A stretch of 63,487 nucleotides of DNA, filler included, from Basidiobolus meristosporus CBS 931.73 (Eukaryota > Fungi > Basidiobolomycota), in the NCBI GenBank assembly GCA_002104905.1. It is 3 parts of 3 records of this genome, joined end to end, with 100 filler letters (N's around TTAATTAATTAA, not from the genome) between each part and the next. Parts side by side here need not be neighbours in the genome. Positions count along the whole stretch, not along the records: positions 51,781 to 63,487 come from MCFE01001267.1; 2 more parts are not named here. One strand, given 5' to 3'. The notes under the pieces were generated by a model. That model had not been told where the DNA came from. It saw only the letters and a list, made by a program, of their open reading frames with translations, and ran no database searches. Shown piece after piece: positions 58,118 to 63,487 of this stretch (position 1 is its first letter; each line of letters opens with the position of its first letter). The position numbers were made by a program, and so were the translations under genes.

Positions 58118-61100
58118 ATGTCCGAGGCATTTCATAGACCTATTGAAGATCCGAACATTACCTGGTCTCCGGAGCACCGGGAGCCAATAGCTTATAGAAC
58201 AACAGATCATCAAGAAGCCGGGACTCATCACCATGGCGTATACTTCGGTGAAGGAGTGGATGTTGAAATCAATCTTGCGGAAGAGACATTTGCTGGCCTA
58301 ACTCGAACTTTATCTCGCTCTCCAGCAGATGTCAACAGTGCTGAGAAAGGCGAGAAAGAATTTGACCTTGAGAAGCATTTAAATGCTGCTGTCAAGTACA
58401 AGAAGGAAAAAGGAATACACACTAAGAATCTGGGCCTAACATTCAAGAAACTTTCGGTATTTGGCGAGGAAAGAGACTTCCAATTGATTAGCACAATTGG
58501 AACCGAGTTTTTAAGTGCCTTCGACCTCATACCCTGGTTTCGAAATCTATTTAAAAAGAAACCAACAGATTACCGTGAAATCCTTCACAATATTACCGGA
58601 TACTGTAAAACAGGCGAGATGTTGTTAGTTTTGGGCAGACCTGGCAGCGGTTGTTCTACACTACTGCGTGTGCTTGCGAACCAGCGCAAAACCTACAGAA
58701 AGATCGACGGCGAGGTGTTGTACGGTGGAATTCCTGCAGTCGAATTTGGGAAACGTTTCAAAGGTCAGGTGACATACAACCAGGAAGATGATCAGCATTA
58801 CCCGACACTGACAGTCAAACAAACGCTTGACTTTGCCATCAAATGCAAGGCCCCAACTTCAAAGATCGTGGGTGATCGTGGAAACTTCATACGACTTTTC
58901 AGAGAGGCGCTTCTGAGCATGTTTGGTCTGAAGGATGCATCTGACACAATTGTCGGAGGAACAATGGTGCGAGGTGTGTCTGGTGGTGAGAGGAAGCGAG
59001 TGAGCATTGCTGAGCAAATGGGTACACGCTCTCCGATCAGTATCTGGGATGGTAGCACAAAGGGATTGGATGCTTCCAGTGCCTTGGATTATGTCCGCTG
59101 TCTTCGCATTCAGACGGATATCTTAGGGACAACTACTGTGGCGACCATCTACCAGGCATCCGAGAGTATTTACGAGCTGTTCGATAACGTTTTGCTTCTT
59201 CATGAGGGCTACTGTATCTACTTTGGGCCAGCGAACGAAGCGAAGGGATATTTCGAGTCGATTGGGTTCGAGTGTCCCCCGAGACAAACCACCGCTGATT
59301 TTCTGACTGGGGTCACGTCGATGAACGAGCGAAGAGTCCGAAGCGGGTTTGAAAGCAAGGTGCCCAACACCCCGGAGGAGTATGAAAACTGCTACAAACA
59401 AAGCTCGTTCTATCAAGCGACTGTTAAGGAGTTGCAAGAGTTTGAGCAGGCACAAAAGGAGAGGAATGTGGAGGAGGATTTCCGAACAGCGATGCAAGAG
59501 GAAAAGACCACAGGTACCTCGGCGAAGAGTCCATACACTGTCGGGTATTTCTCCCAGCTGAAGGCGTGTTTGGTTCGACAGTTCCAACTGATTTTGGGCA
59601 ACAAGGCCGCCTTGTATTTCCGGTTTATATTCAACATTCTGATGGCAATTATCGAAGGATCGGTGTATTTTAAACTTCCATTAGATGGCACTGGAGCCTT
59701 TACTCGCGGTGGTATTCTGTTCTTCTCTTTAATGTTCAATACATTGAGCGCCCAGGCAGAAATTCCGAATGCGTTGAATGGGCGTGGGGTACTTTACAAG
59801 CATAAATCTTTTGCATTGTATCGCCCTAGTGCCTTCTATATTTCACAGGTGATCTCAGACATACCGTTCAATCTGTCCCAGATTGTAGTATTCTCGTGCA
59901 TTCTTTACTGGATGGTAGGACTGCACCCTACAGCTGGACAATTCTTTCTGTTTATCCTGGCTATATTCCTAACCTCATTAACCGTGACTGCGATGTTTCG
60001 AATGATTGCAATCTTCTCGAAAGATATAGATAGTGCCACACGTGGGGTCGGGTGTATAATCTTGGTTTACCTCTTATACACTGGTTATTTGATCCATCCT
60101 GTTGACATGCATCCGTGGTTCAAGTGGATTTACTACATTAATCCTATTGGCTATGGCTTAGGCGCTTTACTAGTCAATGAGTTCAATGGGTTGGTATTCT
60201 CTTGTTCAGGAACAACGCTCATCCCATTCGGTCCATCGTACAACGACATCGCACATCAGGTGTGCACCATCATGGGTTCAAATCCTGGTGTTCCGGATGT
60301 CCAAGGAAGCGACTATCTCTACGAGACATTTGGACTCAGGAACAACAGATACTGGATCAACATCGGAGCATTGCTTGGGTTCTGGCTACTGTTCATCATC
60401 ATTACCTGTGTGGGTATTGAGGTGGTCGAGTTCGGCAAAGGTGGCTATACCACTCAAGTCTACAAATCAAGATGTAACCCGGATTCGAAAAGCGCACCCA
60501 CCCAGTTGTCGAAGAGTGCCGAGGAGCATGATAATCTTATTAATTCGGGGGAAGAACCCAAGGGAGAAACACTTTCCTGGAGCCATATCAATTATACTGT
60601 ACCAGTCAAGGGTGTACCTGGCGGCCGTCAGCTGCTACACGATGTGTCCGGATGGTCCGCTCCTGGAAAACTGACAGCCCTCATGGGGTCATCAGGTGCT
60701 GGGAAAACCACCTTGCTGGATGTTCTGGCCCAGCGAAAGACCATTGGTAAGGTCGAAGGACGTATCCTTGTTGGCGAGGTGCCCCAAGGCCCCGATTTCA
60801 AGCGGATCTCGGGGTACTGTGAGCAAATGGACATCCACAACCCAGTGGCCACGGTCCGTGAGGCTTTGAAGTTCTCCGCCTACCTGCGCCAACCGGAGGA
60901 GGTGTCGAAGGCAGAGAAGGATGCTTACGTGGAGTCCATCATCAAGCTGTTGGACATGACCGACATCGCGGACGCTCTGATCGGTGAGGTGGAGACCGGG
61001 CTTGGCATATCGATCGAGGCCAGGAAGCGCTTGACCATTGGCCTGGAGTTGGTGGCCAAACCCAAGATTCTGTTCCTCGACGAGCCCACCTCTGGGCTGG

Positions 61101-62443
61101 ACTCTCAGGCCTCGTACAACATAGTGCGCTTCTTGCGCACTCTTGCGGACGAGGGACAATCGATTGTGTGCACCATCCATCAGCCCAGCGCGCTTCTCTT
61201 CTCCTTCTTCGATAGTATGCTGTTGCTGGCGCGAGGAGGGAAGACCATCTACTTTGGTCCGATAGGAGATGATGCAAGCATACTGCTGAACTACTTCAGC
61301 AAGAATGGAGCCGAGAAATGTCCGGACGATGCCAATCCTGCCGAGTACATCCTTGATGTAATCGGCGCGGGTGTTGCATCCGAGTCTACAAAAGATTGGC
61401 CTGAGATTTGGAGCAATTCACCTGAGTGTACAGAAATACTAAAAAGGTTAGAAAAGATTGAGCCTGTATCTGATGCTCCTCGGCAACAAGAGTACGCAAC
61501 TCGGCGTCTTCATCAACTGGGAGTCGTATTCAAGAGAATGCTAGTCTCATATTGGCGACTACCGTCATACAACGTGGGCCGATTTCTGTTCCAAATCTTC
61601 ATTGGCATCATTCTTGGTTTCACATTCTATCGACTGAATACTTCGGTCACGGACTTGCAGAGTCGAGTATTTGCCATCTTTCAAACTACAACACTTGGGA
61701 TATTGGTAATCAACCAAGTGCAGCCGCAACTTATAGAGCAACGCCAATGGTATTCACGCGAGAAGGCAAGTGGCTTTTATAGCCCTATGTCATTTGCATT
61801 CTCTATTATTACAGCCGAACTTCCCTACGCGCTCATCACAGCAACTGCATTCTATGTAATCTTCTATTGGCTTGTTGGGCTTAACACCGCCTCCGATCGG
61901 GCTGGCTTCTTTTATCTCTGCTATATGGTCTTCACAATCTTCGCCTCTTCCTTCGGTCAAATGATTGCTGCACTTGCTCCCAATGTTGCCGTAGCATCGA
62001 TGATTAACCCATTTTTCGCCTCGATGATGGCATTGTTCTGTGGGGTTACAATCTCATATAATTCTATGCCCGCGTTCTGGAAACACTGGATGTATTGGCT
62101 TAGTCCGTACCATTACTTCGCCGAGGCTGTGATCACCAACGACCTGAAGGGAGTAGCAGTATACTGCAAAGACTCCGAATTCTTCCGGTTCACACCACCT
62201 TCTGGGCAGACGTGTGGAGAATATGCATATGCGTTCCTCAAGATGGCATCAGGATATCTGAAAGATCCCAATGCCACTGACATGTGCAGTTACTGCCAGT
62301 ACAGGGTTGGAGAGGATTTCTACAGAAACCTAGCATGGGACTTTTCCCATCGGTGGAGAAATTTCGGAATACTGTGTCTGTTCACGGTGTTTAATTTATG
62401 TGCAGTAGTGTATTTTATTCACAAGTATCGTACCAGTCGTTGA
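58118..62443 (+). CDS. Full-size ABCG/PDR (NBD-TMD)2 transporter, intronless, about 1441 aa
   Basis: NBD1 GRPGSGCST and VSGGERKRVSIAE; NBD2 GSSGAGKTT and LFLDEPTSGLDS; extracellular GLLVNEF...C and PDR_CDR-type YCQYRVGEDF...WRNFGIL. Confidence 0.96.
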   Translation: MSEAFHRPIEDPNITWSPEHREPIAYRTTDHQEAGTHHHGVYFGEGVDVEINLAEETFAGLTRTLSRSPADVNSAEKGEKEFDLEKHLNAAVKYKKEKGIHTKNLGLTFKKLSVFGEERDFQLISTIGTEFLSAFDLIPWFRNLFKKKPTDYREILHNITGYCKTGEMLLVLGRPGSGCSTLLRVLANQRKTYRKIDGEVLYGGIPAVEFGKRFKGQVTYNQEDDQHYPTLTVKQTLDFAIKCKAPTSKIVGDRGNFIRLFREALLSMFGLKDASDTIVGGTMVRGVSGGERKRVSIAEQMGTRSPISIWDGSTKGLDASSALDYVRCLRIQTDILGTTTVATIYQASESIYELFDNVLLLHEGYCIYFGPANEAKGYFESIGFECPPRQTTADFLTGVTSMNERRVRSGFESKVPNTPEEYENCYKQSSFYQATVKELQEFEQAQKERNVEEDFRTAMQEEKTTGTSAKSPYTVGYFSQLKACLVRQFQLILGNKAALYFRFIFNILMAIIEGSVYFKLPLDGTGAFTRGGILFFSLMFNTLSAQAEIPNALNGRGVLYKHKSFALYRPSAFYISQVISDIPFNLSQIVVFSCILYWMVGLHPTAGQFFLFILAIFLTSLTVTAMFRMIAIFSKDIDSATRGVGCIILVYLLYTGYLIHPVDMHPWFKWIYYINPIGYGLGALLVNEFNGLVFSCSGTTLIPFGPSYNDIAHQVCTIMGSNPGVPDVQGSDYLYETFGLRNNRYWINIGALLGFWLLFIIITCVGIEVVEFGKGGYTTQVYKSRCNPDSKSAPTQLSKSAEEHDNLINSGEEPKGETLSWSHINYTVPVKGVPGGRQLLHDVSGWSAPGKLTALMGSSGAGKTTLLDVLAQRKTIGKVEGRILVGEVPQGPDFKRISGYCEQMDIHNPVATVREALKFSAYLRQPEEVSKAEKDAYVESIIKLLDMTDIADALIGEVETGLGISIEARKRLTIGLELVAKPKILFLDEPTSGLDSQASYNIVRFLRTLADEGQSIVCTIHQPSALLFSFFDSMLLLARGGKTIYFGPIGDDASILLNYFSKNGAEKCPDDANPAEYILDVIGAGVASESTKDWPEIWSNSPECTEILKRLEKIEPVSDAPRQQEYATRRLHQLGVVFKRMLVSYWRLPSYNVGRFLFQIFIGIILGFTFYRLNTSVTDLQSRVFAIFQTTTLGILVINQVQPQLIEQRQWYSREKASGFYSPMSFAFSIITAELPYALITATAFYVIFYWLVGLNTASDRAGFFYLCYMVFTIFASSFGQMIAALAPNVAVASMINPFFASMMALFCGVTISYNSMPAFWKHWMYWLSPYHYFAEAVITNDLKGVAVYCKDSEFFRFTPPSGQTCGEYAYAFLKMASGYLKDPNATDMCSYCQYRVGEDFYRNLAWDFSHRWRNFGILCLFTVFNLCAVVYFIHKYRTSR

Positions 62444-62557
62444 ATGTAATGATACTCTCTACTCATCAATAGCATTAGTGATCCTTTTAAATTGAACATT
62501 GAGCGAAATGAATGGAATCTAACGTAGAAAAATATATTGCAACATGCAACAAATCTA

Positions 62558-63487
62558 CTAACGATTTCCACGATATCTATGGATGAAGTAGACCACCGCG
62601 CATAAATTGAATACCGTGAACAGACACAGTATTCCGAAATTTCTCCACCGATGGGAAAAGTCCCATGCTAGGTTTCTGTAGAAATCCTCTCCAACCCTGT
62701 ACTGGCAGTAACTGCACATGTCAGTGGCATTGGGATCTTTCAGATATCCTGATGCCATCTTGAGGAACGCATCTGCATATTCTCCACACGTCTGCCCAGA
62801 AGGTGGTGTGAACCGGAAGAATTCGGAGTCTGTGCAGTATACTGTGACCCCCTTCAGGTCATTGGTGATCACAGCCTCGGCGAAGTAATGATACGGACTA
62901 AGCCAATACATCCAATGTTTCCAGAACGCGGGCATTGATGGATACGGAATAGTGACACCACAAAACAATGCCATCATCGAGGCGAAAAATGGGTTAATCA
63001 TCGATGCTACGATGATGTTGGGCGCAACGCGGCAATCATCTGACCAAAGGATTGTGCAAACATGGCGAAGATTACATAGCAAAAGTAGAAGAAGCCAGCT
63101 CGATCGGAGGCGGTGTTAAGCCCAACTAGCCAATAGAATATAATGACGAAGCAAGTACCAGAGAATAGAGTGTATGGCAGCTCATTCAAGATAATCGAAA
63201 AAGCAAACGACATAGGGCTATAAAAGCCACTTGCCTTCTCTCTTAGGTACCATTGGCGCTGCCTGATAAGTTGTGGTTGCACCTGGTAATAATAAGGATT
63301 CCAAGGGTAGTTGTCTGGAAAATGGCAAATACTCGACTTTGCAGGTCTCCCACTGATGAAGTCAGACGGTAGAATGTGAAACCAAGAATAATGCCAATGA
63401 AGATTTGGAACAGAAATCGGCCCACGTTGTATGACGGTAGTCGCCAATATGAGACTAGCATTCTCTTGAATACGATTCCCAGTTGAT
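62558..63487 (-). pseudogene. 3' end of a second PDR transporter paralog with two 1-nt deletions (about 63287 and about 63027); pseudogene or sequencing error
   Basis: Three overlapping ORF fragments align to residues of the plus-strand gene (MLVSYWRLPSYNVGRF..., QVQPQL..., VASMINPFF...FIHRYRGNR*). Restoring one base at each break gives a continuous frame. Confidence 0.8.

Noticed and set aside
1-63487. CRISPR arrays, tRNA, rRNA or snRNA genes
   Set aside because: No regularly spaced repeat-spacer array or recognisable structural RNA motif was seen on manual reading. A covariance-model search was not possible.

Overview
Eukaryotic (fungal) genomic DNA with short GT-AG introns. It is made of three contigs joined by artificial 100-nt linkers (44 N + TTAATTAATTAA + 44 N) at 24841-24940 and 51681-51780, so adjacency across those joins is not established. 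Contig A (1-24840) is gene-rich: IMP dehydrogenase 3' end, a METTL21-type methyltransferase, GDP-mannose 4,6-dehydratase, a multi-exon hypothetical gene, a PY-motif membrane protein, an intronless bacterial-looking GT4 glycosyltransferase, a MITE-like element, a Doa4/USP8 deubiquitinase, a WRN/EXD2-type 3'-5' exonuclease, Isa1, a Gti1/Pac2 transcription factor and a Kes1/Osh4 oxysterol-binding protein. Contig B (24941-51680) has no recognisable host gene and is almost free of CpG. It is a nested transposon graveyard: two decayed EnSpm/CACTA-like copies in inverted orientation, each hit by a young Ty1/copia element with 5-bp TSDs, plus a third decayed copia, two Ty3/gypsy copies and solo LTRs. 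Contig C (51781-63487) holds a PPR-like gene start, a head-to-head near-perfect inverted pair of ornithine aminotransferase genes, and a tail-to-tail inverted pair of PDR-type ABC transporters. The most notable signals are: (1) CpG-targeted hypermutation of repeats that scales with element age; (2) the same 1-nt frameshift, at a C-TTA-AAC slippery-like heptamer just after the RT YVDD motif, in both young copia copies; (3) two adjacent palindromic paralog pairs with patchy, gene-conversion-like identity. Gene content and style suggest an early-diverging (zygomycete-grade) fungus; this is inference only.
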